A program made the position numbers and the translations under genes. DNA of 64,000 bases from Vicugna vicugna. Its lineage: Eukaryota. Position 1 is the first letter of the stretch. The number at the start of each line of letters is the position of its first letter. A model generated the notes under the pieces. It was not told where the DNA came from. It worked only from the letters and a program-made list of their open reading frames with translations, and did not search any database. Of the stretch, positions 1 to 13,729 are shown piece after piece. The DNA lies in NCBI GenBank assembly GCA_013265495.1, contig MU058645.1:1096995-1160994 (forward strand). The letters run 5' to 3'.

Positions 1-834
1 TCCTTTAATACCAACAATAATAAAGGACTCTCCCCGAATAAAGTATATAACACTCTCTTTCGTAACACATTCTAAAAGTTTGTAACTGTTTTGAAAAATA
101 TATCCAGGAAACCTACAGACTTTATATAAGTCTATAGCTCTCCTCAGCTATGCTCACTACTGGAACAAAACTAATAATACATGACAAATGAAAAAATATT
201 TCTATTTAAAACATATCATTTTCCAACTTGTTTATCAGAGCTCCTTCTAATTAGAATCTATACTTGTCCATTTTGCCTATAAAAGGGTAGGTACTGTATA
301 TTGTGACTGTATCTTCAGCACTTAGTATACAGCCTACCCGCTGTACCAAAAAAAACCCCTTAAAGTCAGCTAAGGAATCAAAAAATGAATTTATTAATTT
401 TCAGTTGATGTGACCTGTTTTCCTGGGAAACAGGACTCACCTATAGCCAGCTTCTATAGTTCCTAGTCAATGTAAGATAAGAATCAGACATCTCTCTAGA
501 TTACTTGAATTCTACAAAAACTAGAATCTTGCTTAGATAAAAACTTTCTGAGTTACTACTTTCCTTCACATTAAATGTTAAATGGAGTTTGCACACTGAA
601 CATATAAAATCGATGCCAGGGAGGGAAAAAAGAACAAGTAGAACAGGGGCAGGTAAACCTATCTATTAAGTATAAACTAAATACAGGCCAAAAATGGACC
701 AGGTGACTAAGCCACCTAGAAATACCGATATATCTTGTATCTATCTTCTAACAATACCTAAATTAGTATCCCTTGATCATCTATGAAACTTTACTAATCA
801 ATTACCAAAGTAAAGGCAGCTACTATATAAGAGA

Positions 835-1345
835 AGTTAGTTATCTGGGTGTGTCAACTCAGCTAGGCTGACCTACAGTTGCCAGAGTTCCATTCTCATG
901 TGTTTCCAGTTAGGGTGAGCAATAAGGTGTATTCCTCTCCAAGAGCTTGGAGGACAAAAAGGAGGTAGTGGCCATTCTGTGGCATATATACACCTTCCAG
1001 CTATTCAACCAAACACTAATCTAGTGCTGCTGTAAGAATTTTATATATGTAATTAAAGTCACTAACCAGTTGACTCTACTTAAAAGGGAGATTATCCTGG
1101 GTGGGCACAAGTTACTCAGTTGGAAACTTTTAATAGAGGGATTAGGCCTTTCTTAAAAAAAACAAAACTCAAGATGCTCCAAACACTAAATGGGCCTCCA
1201 ACTGCTCTCCCTTGCCCTGCATCTTCCTTCATGCCTGCCTGTTCAGGACCCTTAGACCAGCAGCCAGCACAAGTGCATAAGCCAACTCCTCACACTAAAT
1301 CCATGTGTGTGTCCCGCTGCTTCTTTGGTTAAACCCTGATTTACA
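835..1345 (+). mobile_element. ERVL solo LTR, MLT2-like
   Basis: Motifs tgtgtcaactcagctaggctg, tattcaaccaaacactaatctagtgctgctgt, ccagttgactctact...ggagattatcct recalled from MLT2C/D consensus. Confidence 0.65.
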
Positions 1346-2419
1346 CTCTTTTCATTAAAGTTTCACCTTCATAAAAATTACACAATAAAATTTAAAGTAC
1401 CTCATTAAGCCACCAAAGTCATAATTGTGGCATGAATGCGAAGAGGCTATCCTTTGGTCAACCTGTGTTTCACAGTCATCATAGTATGTTTGAAGATTAT
1501 TTTTAGGCTGAAAAACTTAAAATCTATCCCAGAATTTGGACCAAACCCACACTGTTAAGAAATAACTATTTTTGGTGTGAAAAAATAATTTCTTTACTAA
1601 ACGTGTTCGATTGATCCTTATTCAATAAATATGATGGAAAGTAGTTAAGATAGAGAAAATGAAGACTTCTTGAAATAAGTCATCAAGGCATTACAAACAT
1701 ATGAAAAGGCCATAAAGCCCCCAAGTTTAACAAGATATAACAAATCATTTAAGATGAGTTTTTAGAAATTCTCCACTTTACCTAAAAAAGACCTTCGTAT
1801 TACTGAGTTGTAAGCAACAGACACAGAGTAGAATGCATGTGTACTGTGTGGATGCATATGTACTTTTAAGTTTCTACAAACAGCCTACACTCTTATGGGA
1901 AGACATAACTCAAAGAAAGACACTCATCTCATTTTTACTTTAAAATCCTAAAATAAAACTGCACTTAGTTTATTGCTCTTTAATCATGAGAGGATAGTCT
2001 GAAAATAATTTCCTACATAAAAAATTAGGTGAGGTACTTTGAGAAGCAGAAATAGAAAAATGAAAAGCTCTGGTCACTTATTAAACATCAATTGCTAGAC
2101 TAATTTTGTATCTTAAATAGAAAACAGTAGCTAAATACTTATGGCCTCCCCCCCCCAAAAAATGTCAAGTATTCAATATTCAACATTTAAAGACTCCCTT
2201 AACAGTTTAATAAATTTGACAAAAAAAAATCTCTTAAAATTCCATCTCACATATGGAATAACACATCATCATATCACCATGTGATACGGTACCCTTTTCA
2301 AACTGTTCTATGTATAAAGAACACATCAATATATTTTAAACACTAAAGAGGAAAGTATCTAGAATAAAAATTTTAAACTGTGCCCTTTTTTAAATATCAA
2401 TTTCAAGATTAAGTATACA

Positions 2420-2965
2420 TCAAATCAAGTGCATTTACTTCTTTTTTTCACTTAATATTTTATTACATGAAGAGACCAGAATTTCCATCTATCCACTAAT
2501 GGCCATTTATACTATTTGCAATTTTTTATTATAAACAATGCTACAGAAAACATCCTCATATCCATCTTCCAGAATACATGTGTGGTAGTTATTAAGGAAC
2601 TGACAAATACTGGAATTTCCACAGACAAGATCTTAAAAACAAGCAAACAAAACATCCACTACTGACAGACACTGCCAAACTGCTCTCCAAGGTAGCTGTA
2701 TCAACATACACTCCCAACTTCACTGCATGGGAGTGTGTTTCTCCACATTCTAGACCCAGGTAGTATTTTTATTTTTGACAACCCAGTGGGTATCAAATGG
2801 TATATTACTCTCATTATAATGAGCACTCCCCTGAGTATCAATGAAGCATTTTTCATGTGTTTGTTGTTTACCCTGCTTTCCTATTCTGTCAGTTGTCCTT
2901 TCACATACTTTGCCCAGTTTTCTACTGGATTTGTGGTTTTACCTTTGTTTTTGAATGAATTCTAT
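2420..2965 (-). mobile_element. Old L1M (L1ME-like) 3' region fragment
   Basis: Degenerate antisense L1 3' motifs (ataaacaatgctac...aacatcct, ctgccaaactgctctccaa, tacactccca). Confidence 0.6.
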
Positions 2966-2969
2966 ATTT

Positions 2970-4348
2970 TTTAATTTTTTAAAAATGTTTATTTTATTGA
3001 AGTATAGTCAGTGTACAATGTCAATATCTGGTGTACAGCACAATGCTTCAATCATACATGTACACACATATATTCCTCTTCATATTCTTTTCTATCACAG
3101 GCCATTACAAGGTACTGAATGTAGTTCCCTGTGCCATAGGGAACCTTGTTTACCTAGTAGGACCTTGTTTATCTATTTTATATATAGTAGTTAGTATCTG
3201 CAAATCCTGAACTCCCAATTTATCCCTCCTCAGGCCCTCCTCCCCCGTAACCATAAGTTTGTTTTCTATGTCATTAGTCTGTCTCTATTTTGTAAATAAG
3301 TTCATTTGTGTCTTTCTTTTTTAACATTACACATATAAGCAATATCATATGGTATTTTTCTTTCTCTTTCTGACTTACTTCACTTAGTATGACAATCTCC
3401 AGGCCCATCTATGTTGCTGCAAATGGCATTATTTCATCCTTTTTTATGGCTGAGTAGCATTCTACCGTGTGTTGTGTGTTAAGTGTGTGTGTGCATATAG
3501 ATAGATCTATCTACCTTACATCTTCTTTATCAAATCATTTGTTGATTGACATTTATGCTGCTTCCGTGTCATGGCTGTTGTAAATAGTGCTGTCATCAAC
3601 ACTGGGGTACATGTTATCTTTTTAAATTACAGTCTTCTCTGGATACATGCCCAGGAGTAGGGCTGGTGGATCACATGGTAACTCTTTTTCTTTTTTTTAA
3701 GGAATCTCCATACTGTTTTCCATAGTGGCTAAACCAAACTACATTCCCACCTACAGTGTAGGAGGGCTCCCTTTCTCCACAGACTCTCCAGCATTTACTG
3801 TTTGTGGCCTTTAAATGATGGCCATTCTGACCAGCGTGAGGTGATACACCTCTTTGTAGTTTTGATTTCCATTTCTCTGATAATTAGTGATATTGAGCAT
3901 CTTTCATGTGCCTATTGGCCATCTGTATGTCTTCTCTGACTAAATGTCTATTTAAGTCTTCTGCCCATTTTTTGATTGGGTTGTTTGTTTTTCTGTTACT
4001 GAGTTGTATGAGCTATTTGTACATTCTGGAAATTAAGCCCTTGTCAACTGTATCATTTGCAAATATCTTCTCCCAGTCCACAGACTGTCTTTCTGTTTTG
4101 TTTATAGTTTCCTTTGCTGTGCAAAAGTTTGTAAGTTTGATTAGGTCCCATTTGTTTATTTTTGCTTTTATTTCTACTGTCTTAGAAGAACTGACCTAGG
4201 AAAACACTGCTACGATTTATGTCAGAAAATGTTTTGCCTAAGTTCTCTTCTAGGAGATTCATCATGTCCTATCTTATTGTTTAAGCCTTTAAGCCATCTT
4301 GAGTTTATTTTTGTGCGTGGTGCGAGGAAGTGTTCTAACTTCACTGAT
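2970..4348 (-). mobile_element. Younger 5'-truncated L1 (3' UTR plus ORF2 C-terminus), camelid/cetartiodactyl type
   Basis: T-rich tail then ttttattgaagtatagtcag...; typical antisense ORF2 3' sequence (ORF 3906..4199 is the usual antisense-L1 artefact). Confidence 0.9.
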
Positions 4349-4349
4349 A

Positions 4350-4810
4350 CACTGTTCTTTTATTTTCTTCTTTCCACCTACCTTGGTTTTAGTTTGCTGT
4401 ACTTAATTTTTAAAATTTTAATTAGGTAGAAAATTAGATAATTGAATTTTTTTAAATATACAAACGTTCAGATATACATTCCCTGTGAACACTGTTTAGC
4501 TTCATCTCACAAATTTTATGCTGTATTTTCATTATTATTTAGTTAAAAATATTTTCTAGTTTCTCTTGTGCCATCTCTTGATCCAATGGATTATACAGAA
4601 ATGAGTTGCTCAATTTCCAAATGTTTGTGGTTTAATTCCATTTTGGTCAGAGCTCATCCTTTTTGCTGTATGTTTTTTATTACATAAATTTTATTTTCTA
4701 CTTTATGGCCTACCATATGTTTTATCCTGATGAATGCACATACACACTTGAGAACACTGTGAATTCCCCAGTTATCAAGTGTAATGTTTTATAAACACCA
4801 ATAAGGTTCT
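4350..4810 (-). mobile_element. Old L1M ORF2 fragment (near endonuclease region)
   Basis: Degenerate motifs ttagcttcatctcacaaatttt, ttaattccattttggtcagag, atggcctaccatatg. Confidence 0.55.
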
Positions 4811-7800
4811 CATAATTCAGAACCGCAAACTTTGTTCCTTAGGTGCCAAATCTGGTCTCAGTTCAGGTCTTCAGCTCAGATTCTTTAAATCTGTTCTGTA
4901 CATATGTGACTCAAGAATCAGCTAGAATTTGGAGATTCTTTCTCCTTCTCTTTTTCTTCTTGGATTCCCTTCTCTCCAACAATATGGATTTCCCCCAAAT
5001 TGCAATTAGCATTTCCTAACCATGTTTGAACCTAGACTAAAAGCCAGGCAAACAAACATCCGTTATATAAATTTCCCTCCTCCAAGAACTAACTCCATTC
5101 CAGCTCTGGTTGTATTCATTCCCCAATGCCTTGGGGTTGCCTTGTATTATGTACATATTTTAGAGTTGTTTTCTGAAGGTGAGTCAGTCTGATAGTAATT
5201 TATTCATTCATTACTGGAAGCAGAGACTCAAGTTCTTCTTTTAAATCTCTTTTTTCCAGTGGGATAGCAATAATCCAGTGTTCAAATCACTAGGCAGCCT
5301 GGTCCTGGTTCTAGTTACAATACTCTCTCTCCTTCCTCCTGCCAACAGAAGTATTTCCTAGGTGGCAGTCATAGCTTTCTGCCTCTCTTCACAGGTGACA
5401 CAGCCCATCCCAAAGCCGAGTTTCCTTCTGTGGAACTGGCTCTAGTACCCGATACCTATGCTTAGAGTCAATTTCCTGCCCATCTCCCCTTAGTCATCCC
5501 AGAATTAAATGAGTCTTTTATTTTAGTCTTGGTTTAACAGCTTTGTGTTTCTGGTTCACAGAGGGAAAAATTCAAACATATTAACCAACACTGCTACTGG
5601 GCAATGTAAATCTTAAAACACAATACTGAAAGAACTACAATAATGTAATGAAAACAGAAAATTAACTTGACAGTTTAGATGAAGAGCTTCAGTGACTAAC
5701 TCAAGTGCAAAATACTAAGGGAAACATTAATTAAGCATTCCTGATAGTCCACAATGTACCAGGCACTGTGCATGTAACAGATGATTAAGACAGTTATCGC
5801 CAAAACCGTGATCAACCATAAAATAAGTGCTTAATGGAGATCTAGATGTCTAAGGAATCAGTGGAGTAGGAAACAACCAACTTCATGTGACTATACTGCC
5901 TAAGATTTACTTAGAAAAGGATTTGGAAAATCCAAATGTAATCTGAAACTCAGATTAAGCACTTAGAAACTCTGTAGAGATCACAAATCACGTGACTTAG
6001 AGGCCCCTTCCTCACTTGTACCATGAAACCTCCTGTAGCTGCAGATGTTCTTCACAAAGTTAGGGGTTTTTCTTTAATCATAAAACTCTCATACACTCAG
6101 ATCTTACTGACTGATCCCTCAATTATATATTTTTATAAAATAATGTGTCGAGTACATTAATTATGCAAACAGATCAATAACAGAAATGTCACTAAGCTGG
6201 GAAAATCTCGCAAAAAAAACTGACATCCCTTTGATTAACTTTTACCTCAATTAATGGAGTTTGTTAAAATATGAAACTTTTTTCCTTAGATTAAGAAACA
6301 ATTTTCAGAAGGCCAAGAAAAGTGAGCAGTGCTTTTAAAAATAAAGCTTAAGAGTAAGTGTTTGGATTCAGAAGTAACAAGCTTTTTAAAAGGAGAGGGA
6401 AAATTAGTGAATTCATGTATAACAATTACCTTTAAAATGACAATATAAATTTCAAGTTCACCCTAAACAAACTAAACATTATTTTTTATTAGATTCAAAA
6501 CACAATGGAGTTCTTTTTAAGCTCAATAATCTTAAGAGGGCAAAAATTTCAGGAGTTCTTTAAGAAATGGAAGTTAAAAAAAAGTTTCACCCTTGTGCTT
6601 CATATTTTGCATTGTCTAACCCGGAATTCTTTATCTTAATTTTGGTCCCAGGCTGAACCTGCTCTCTTCTCAGGATTTACATTATCAAGAAAAGACTTTG
6701 GGTGTATAAACACAGTAACCTACAAATATCTTCCAATTGCCTTCAAAAAATTCACAAAGATTAGTATTCCATTAAATAATCCCTAATTAACACACCTTAT
6801 CTTTCCAAAATAATACTTAAGAAGAAATTGCTATATACCAATAATCTCTACCCATCATCCACACCTCAACAGTAAATACCATCAATAAAATACTTTGGAA
6901 ATGACCACAAAAGTTATTTTCTTTTCTTCAAAATTTTAGGAGCTTAGATGCTATGTTCAGTTTTTTAATACAATAAATCTTCTCTGAGCTGTAAGTTCTA
7001 AATTTGGCTAACTGTGATAGCAAAGTACATTGTTTTTAAGTTTAATTTATACACTGTATTTATTAAAGCACTGAAAACATTTTTAACAAATTTTGATAAA
7101 TACAGTGATTCAGTACTCTGCAAATCTTGTTTCTTCTAGCTACCCTTGCTCAGTTCTCCCAGACCATAAACTTATCCCTCCGGATACTTAGCATCTGTCA
7201 GTTTTCTTCCCTGAAGATACTCAAAACTCTCATTAAAATTCTTCTTTTTTCATTCGGCATACTATACAGAACTGTAACTTATAAATCTTTTATCAGATTA
7301 TCATAGGTCAAAATTAATTTCAAGGACAAAAAACAAATGGCAGAGATTACAGCATTTGAGTAAACTACACACAATGTAGACAGAACACTTAGCTGGCTGA
7401 GAATATTTTGATATGTCATGTTCATTGAGAAATACATATGTAAGTGTGTTCCACTATATCAGCATTCATTAGCTAAAAGTACTACAGCAGGCAGAGCACA
7501 GAAAGACATAACATATTGGAAGCTTATAATATATACTACAATATATTTATAAATAGTTTTTTAAAAGAAAAATGTTTCAGAGACGAACATTAAAAGAAAT
7601 GGCACTGAGTAGAGCAGCATCAAGCAGCACACACAGGATGCAGACGCGTTTAGGCTTCACACGCACTGCCCGAATCTCCCGACAGCAGTCTTCAGCAGCT
7701 ATTAATTATCCACTTACACTGATTAAAGGCCCAAGTTAGGAAGGTGAATTAAGACCAAACAGGTAATTTACTGATTTGACAATAAAGGAACTAAACAACA

Positions 7801-9479
7801 ATTTTTTAACTTGTGTTTGATCCAAAAGTTCAAATAAGTTAAAATATAAAGAGCTTTAACTGGTAACCAGTGGCTACTAAACTTCCAAATAACATTTAAG
7901 AATATTAGAAATATCTCTCTTAATAATCCATTTATGGGACAGCAAGAAGTAATAAAATAAAATGTTAAAGCCTATAAAAGCATAAAGGCTGCATCTTGGA
8001 ATAAACAGTTTTCTATTCTATTTATTTTCTATTTACAAAAAAAAGCTGCCAATAAACAGCTGGGAAAAGTCAAGTTAATTTTCTTCACCTCATGTCTTCC
8101 CAACAGATACACGAGGGCATTATAACTGCTTTAATACGTGTTCTAATTGAGTGCTGTCACTGATAGGAAGAAGTGTGGAACCACTACTTTCCATATCAAA
8201 CAAAGCAGGTAATTAACAGCCATTCTGGCACAAGCCTTTATCACCAGAATACACAATGGATGCTAACTTCTCTCAAAGCCAGTGCTCTGTTACCAAAAAG
8301 CAGAGCTGATGTTTCAGAGTCAAATTCACTTTCTTTATTACACAAGCATACATTTACTGCTCAGTTAGACACCTATAATTAAACACAAGAAGCCTGCAAT
8401 GCTAATATTCAGACTGGCTTGCATGGAAGGGGGTTTTTCCCCTCCTCCCGGCAGAGATGATTGCCTTTCATTTTGGAGTTTCAAGTAGCCACAGTTCACT
8501 TAGTTTTGATTACATAGCAATTAGATATGCAAATACATAAGATCTGGGAAAATACTTTTTCAGACATCGGATTCTGAGCAATCAAGCCTATTCTCTTCTC
8601 TCGTACATACAAGCAGCTCATTAAACAACTATTGTCTAAAAACATCCGCCTCAAATGCCTTGGGTTTTTTTTTTAAATGTTAAAAACATTCAAAACACAT
8701 CCTTGGAATAAATGTCTCTTGGCAACCCAGTTTCCGTGTATATATATGCCTGTGCTGGGTCAGGGGAGGCATGGTAAGTGACCAAAGGAAAGAACACACT
8801 CTCATTCACATTGTCCTTTTAGAGTTCCTTCAAGACTTGTCAAGAAATTTTTTTAACATACAATTTAAAATTTTGTTAAATGGAACCTATTATTCCTAAA
8901 TATTCCAACCACCTGACTGAGAGACTCTGTTCATCTTACTTAACAGGTTTACATTATAAACTACATGCAGGTATTAGCGTAGCGTGGAAAAGAATCATGT
9001 ATATTGGGGAGGGGGGAAACATTTACACTTCACAAAGATGAAAGATTGTTACCTATGTCGAGGTGTGACTTCAAAAATTAAAATGGTCACTGATGTTCCC
9101 GCAAAATGTACTCACACGTTGTCTCTACCCTGGCAATTAACTTCACTTACAGGTTTTAAATTACACTTTTGCTTCTTAACCTCAAGTCCTATTCAACTAA
9201 TTTATAAAGTGCTTGTTGGCTTTTTTCCTCCTCTCTTTTTTAAAGAATGTATTAAGTTGTGTCAGTTGTTTATATTTAAGTTTTTAAAGTGTTTCTTCGC
9301 ATTTTCTATTTCATGCTCCTATTCTAAGAAAATTTAAGGAAACTGGCTGACTAAAATTCTGTGGTAAAAACATCATTATTTTTCAGTTGGCACCAATGAC
9401 ATCCACATTTCACTGAGGGAATCAGAAACATAACCGCAGCAGTCCACTCTCAAGTTCCTTGCTTTGACTCTCCCCGGTC

Positions 9480-9975
9480 TCCCACATCCCTTTACAATCC
9501 ACCTCTAAGGGCTTCAGGTCACGCCACTCTGCTTAAAACCTTCTACTCACTTCCAACTGCTCTCGCTCAAACTCCCTCCCATACCTACGTAGAAGGATGT
9601 CTCCAATCACACGGCCCACTCTTTCCACCCTTGCCGACCTTGCTACTCCTCAGATAGCCCAGTATCATTCCTATCCAAGTGCCTTTACCCCTTGCTCCCA
9701 TTGTACCCTCTTGTCGCACGCAGGTCAGACAGACGTCACCTCATCACACAGCCCTTGCCTGACCACCCTGGTTACAAGCACTCCACGCTGATCACACTGA
9801 TCATTCCACCTGACATTATTCTCTTCACAGCACTTACCACTATCTGAACTGTCTTGTTCATTTACTTGCTTGTTTATTTTCTGTCTTCCTCTCTAGTTTT
9901 GCTCCATGGGAACAAAAACCTCCCAGTTTTATGTGTGGCTCAGAGTAGGGAATCAAAAAATACTTAATAAATTAT
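9480..9975 (+). mobile_element. L2 LINE 3' fragment
   Basis: cactctgcttaaaaccttc ... cacagcacttaccactatctgaa ... ttgtttattttctgtcttcc ... ctccatgggaac typical of L2a/L2b ends. Confidence 0.7.
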
Positions 9976-11069
9976 TAAATAAATATGAAAGGAAGAAGAA
10001 ATAATTTTCTAAGCAGAAAGCATCTGAATAAATGTGTGTAGAGACAATTAAGAATGGCCTGATTTTTCAGAAGATTAGAAGATGGAATTGAAACACAGAA
10101 GAAATTAGAAATAACATTGTATGAAGGAGATAATGGACTTGGTTGTATTGCTTTGCCATTTAAGATTACATTAAATGCACACTGTTGGTCATGATAATGA
10201 GACAAGACTATACGTTTGGGCATGGCGATGCCACTATGACTGCTTCTCAGACTTTTCATCAAGCCTGGCACTTAATGTCACAATGGGTCCTGGTCTTCCT
10301 TGACAGCTTGATGAAGTGCTTTCCTTTCTCACCTAGTCATTCTATCAGTGGAAAACTGCTCAAAAATGACATCAGTGACAGTATCTTTACTGCCAATAAA
10401 ATTCACCTGCTGTGTCCAGATTAGGTTTCGCTTATCACTTGTCTTATCTGTATACTACAGACTGATCCAAAGTAAATCATGTATCTAGGTGAAGACGGAT
10501 AAAAGAAGAGCTCGGTCATCAGCATGTTTCTGCATTATTTTTAACAATTCTTACAATGAATTTAAAGAGTTTTTTCAGAAAGGGAAAAAGCACTGAAACC
10601 ACTGACTCTGAGTGAATATAACTAAATACATAAATATATCAATGGCAATGGAAGGGAAAGACCTAAAAGACAAAATGAGCACCCTTACAATCTGGTTTAT
10701 ATTCCAAAAGATAAATGTACAAACCTGTCAAACATTCACAATCATCTCTGAAGTATTTTTAATCATAAATTTTATTTTCCCAAAACAATGTCAGGAAGAA
10801 ACAAAGGGGAATTATTCCAAATTAAAAGTGGAAGGGAGAGAAGGGGAGAATGAAGAGAGGGAAGGGAACTAAGGATACAAAGAGAGCACAAAGGTGAGTA
10901 AACGTTAAAAATTGGTGAGTGAGGTTAAAAGGCATGTGGGAGAATCTCTGTATTATTTTTGCAATTCTTCTGTAAATTTAAAGCCATTTCAAAATACAAA
11001 GCTAAAAGTAGGAATTATCTGTCCCCAACCTTTTATTTCTCTATGTTTTCTATATAAATCTGCTCTGCC

Positions 11070-11270
11070 TAGAGCAGAACTACCCAACAGAACTTTGTGT
11101 AGCAATGAGAATGGTCTGTATCTGTTGTCCAAAAGGGCAGCCACTTGTCACACGTCCCTATTGAGCACTTCAATGTGACTGTGTGACTGAGCAGCTCAAC
11201 TGTTCTTTTATTCAATTTTAATTTAAATAGCTGTATATCATCAATAGCTACCCTATCGGACAGAGCACAA
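11070..11270. mobile_element. hAT-Charlie MITE, MER3-like
   Basis: ccaacagaactttgtgtagcaatgagaatggtctgtatctg ... gcagccacttgtcacacgtccctattgagcactt resembles MER3. Confidence 0.7.
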
Positions 11271-12278
11271 ATCTAGGCGTTTCACTTGAAAAGAAATGCA
11301 CAAACTAAGACTAGTCTGATGAGAAATGATAATAAGCTTTGGGGTATACCTTAAAGCAAGTTCTAATTAAACAGCCTGGGGCTCAAGGCGTGGGGATCAG
11401 GTTGGGGTGAGGAGATTAAGGATGGCAACAAGCATCGTGAACTCAGTTGCAGACATTCCCACAAGACATCCTCTAACTGGTGGTGACAGAAGACATGAAA
11501 GATCATTTGGGGTATTTGCATGCACCTCAACCTTGACTAGAACATTCCATTTTGAAAAGAAGTCTCTATCAGAGAAAGAATGGATCAGGATAATGTTTAT
11601 TTCCTACCAACTGATTTCTGCCCTCATGTCAAATATACAGTTTTTTATTTAGAACTCTTCCACCAGTTACATAATGCTCTAAACAGAAACTCATGTACTC
11701 TTTCCATAGTGACTTCATTCTTTTCTTCTGATAATTATAACCTGCTATAAAACCTACATTTAAAAAATTCTTAACTCCTAAACTATCCCATTTGTGATGT
11801 GAGATGCTTCTAAACAACCACAACTACCTACTGGGGTTTTAAGATGCATGAAAAGATATAAACACATGCTCAAAACTGTCTGGACAGCAAAAACCTTAGG
11901 CTGTCTTATATTAACAAGTAAAAGAAAACTGCCTTACACAACGGGAATTATAAAAGTGGATAGGTAAAATTACTTTTATTTTATAAATTATCTACACAGT
12001 TTAATAATCAAACAAAAACATTTATAGTAACTAAAGGCAAATCAGGTAATAGAAACAGGACATTTCACTGCTTAGCAGTGGATTAGAAGAAACTTTTTTA
12101 CTTTCTGACATAGAGTACTATAACTTTCCATATACCTAGACAGAAAGACATACACACATATAAATATACCAACAAGACACTAGTAACAACAAAAAAAATG
12201 TACTGAAAAATAAATAGATACTGCACACATTAGCTGGGGGAACAAAAAAACAGTTAAGAGATGAGTGCAAAAAACTGA

Positions 12279-12452
12279 TAAACAGTTTATATAGCATAGC
12301 ACAGGGACCTATATTGAGTATCTTGTAATAACCTACAATGAAATAGAATATGAAAAAAATGTGTGTGTATATATATTTATGACCGAATCACTATGCTGTT
12401 CACCTGAAATTAACACACTGTAACTCAACGATACTTCAACTGGGAAAAAAAG
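12279..12452 (+). mobile_element. Short L1 3' terminal fragment
   Basis: atagcacagggacctatattgagtatcttgtaataacctacaatg ... aatcactatgctgttcacctgaaattaacacactgtaactcaacgatacttcaa, then A tail. Confidence 0.85.
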
Positions 12453-12980
12453 AGAGACAGAGAGAGAAACAAATGCAGCAATCTAGGCAAAAAATAGTGA
12501 GAACACAGATTTAATCAACGGTGGTGGGAGGCAACTGTGGAAACTTGGAAGACACCAAGCTGCACAATTGTGCAAATCTGTTAAATGACTGATTAGGGAT
12601 AGAAAGAGATCAAGGATGCCTCTCAAGTTTTTTTTTCCCTTCACCAGAGCTGCTGGTAAGCGCAAACTAATAAAGAACAAGAATCAAATACTATAAATAA
12701 GCAAGGGATCAAGTATCAAAGGACAGAAGGACCCTCTGATGCACACATTTTTCCACAATTTATTTTCTCCAAATATACAGAAATTAGTTCTCATTCTAGG
12801 GGCAGCACTCTGAAACATATTAAAAGCAACATTTTCATTTCCTGTCAAGAATTTCATAAGGCCACAGTATCATTCCATAATGACAAAACTCAGACAGCCA
12901 GTATACAAGTAGATTTAATAAGAGTGCTATAATGTTTTATAGAAGAAACCTGAATAAACACCAAAACAATGCCCACATCT

Positions 12981-13109
12981 AAGGGTGACTCTGTAATTTG
13001 TCATCCAAATCAGGATACTGTGAAAGTGAAAGGACATACTAATAATTATGCCTCAATGATAAGTACAGCTGAGACTGCAATGGGCAAACCAAAACTTAGT
13101 GTCACCCTT
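12981..13109. mobile_element. hAT-Blackjack MITE (MER94/MER81-like), 129 bp
   Basis: Perfect 9-bp terminal inverted repeats AAGGGTGAC (12981-12989) / GTCACCCTT (13101-13109). Confidence 0.75.
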
Positions 13110-13729
13110 CCAGAGAGCTGTACTGAGAAGAAAAACTTGGCATGGTATCAAAATATGAAGGTAATATGATTTAGACACACTACAGTTTTTTTTAATAAAC
13201 ATTTACTCTTAATTTTCCTAGATCATTTGGCAATAAATACAGCACCACTGGACAAATCAGAACTAATTGCCTAGGCAAATTCTTACCTATACAATTAGAG
13301 CAAATTCCTCCAAAACCAAAATCACTGTACAAAAAAATTCCTTAAAAAATTAAAAAACATTTGTTACTGAATTAAGAATTTCAAAAATTCTAATTTGACA
13401 TTTCTCACATATTGAAAAAATAAACTATCAAAAGTGATTAAAATTTAAGTCATTAAAATTATTTTAAAAAGCAAAATAACTAAAAAAGTGAAATTTTCGG
13501 TCTTATCCTATAGAATAAATAATATATAAGAGAATATAAGATTTAACTGAATAAATAAAATCATAATGAGAATAGAAAATAGCGAATCTCCATATAAACC
13601 ACTGAGGAATGTAAAAGCCTCTGAGCCTGATACTAAAGACAGAAGCCACAACACAATAAAATATAGTTTGACTGTTTAGGTCATAATTTCTTTATGCAAA
13701 ATAATTCTAAGCAAAATTAAAAGGTAGAC

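Noticed and set aside
3906..4429. Hydrophobic ORFs resembling membrane proteins (also 15315..15563, 16529..16786, 28176..28535)
   Set aside because: Antisense frames of L1 sequence
7718..7790. Possible 73-nt cryptic exon on minus strand (gtttAG ... AGT|GTAAGT) with in-frame stop
   Set aside because: Poor pyrimidine tract and weak exonic donor bases; expected by chance
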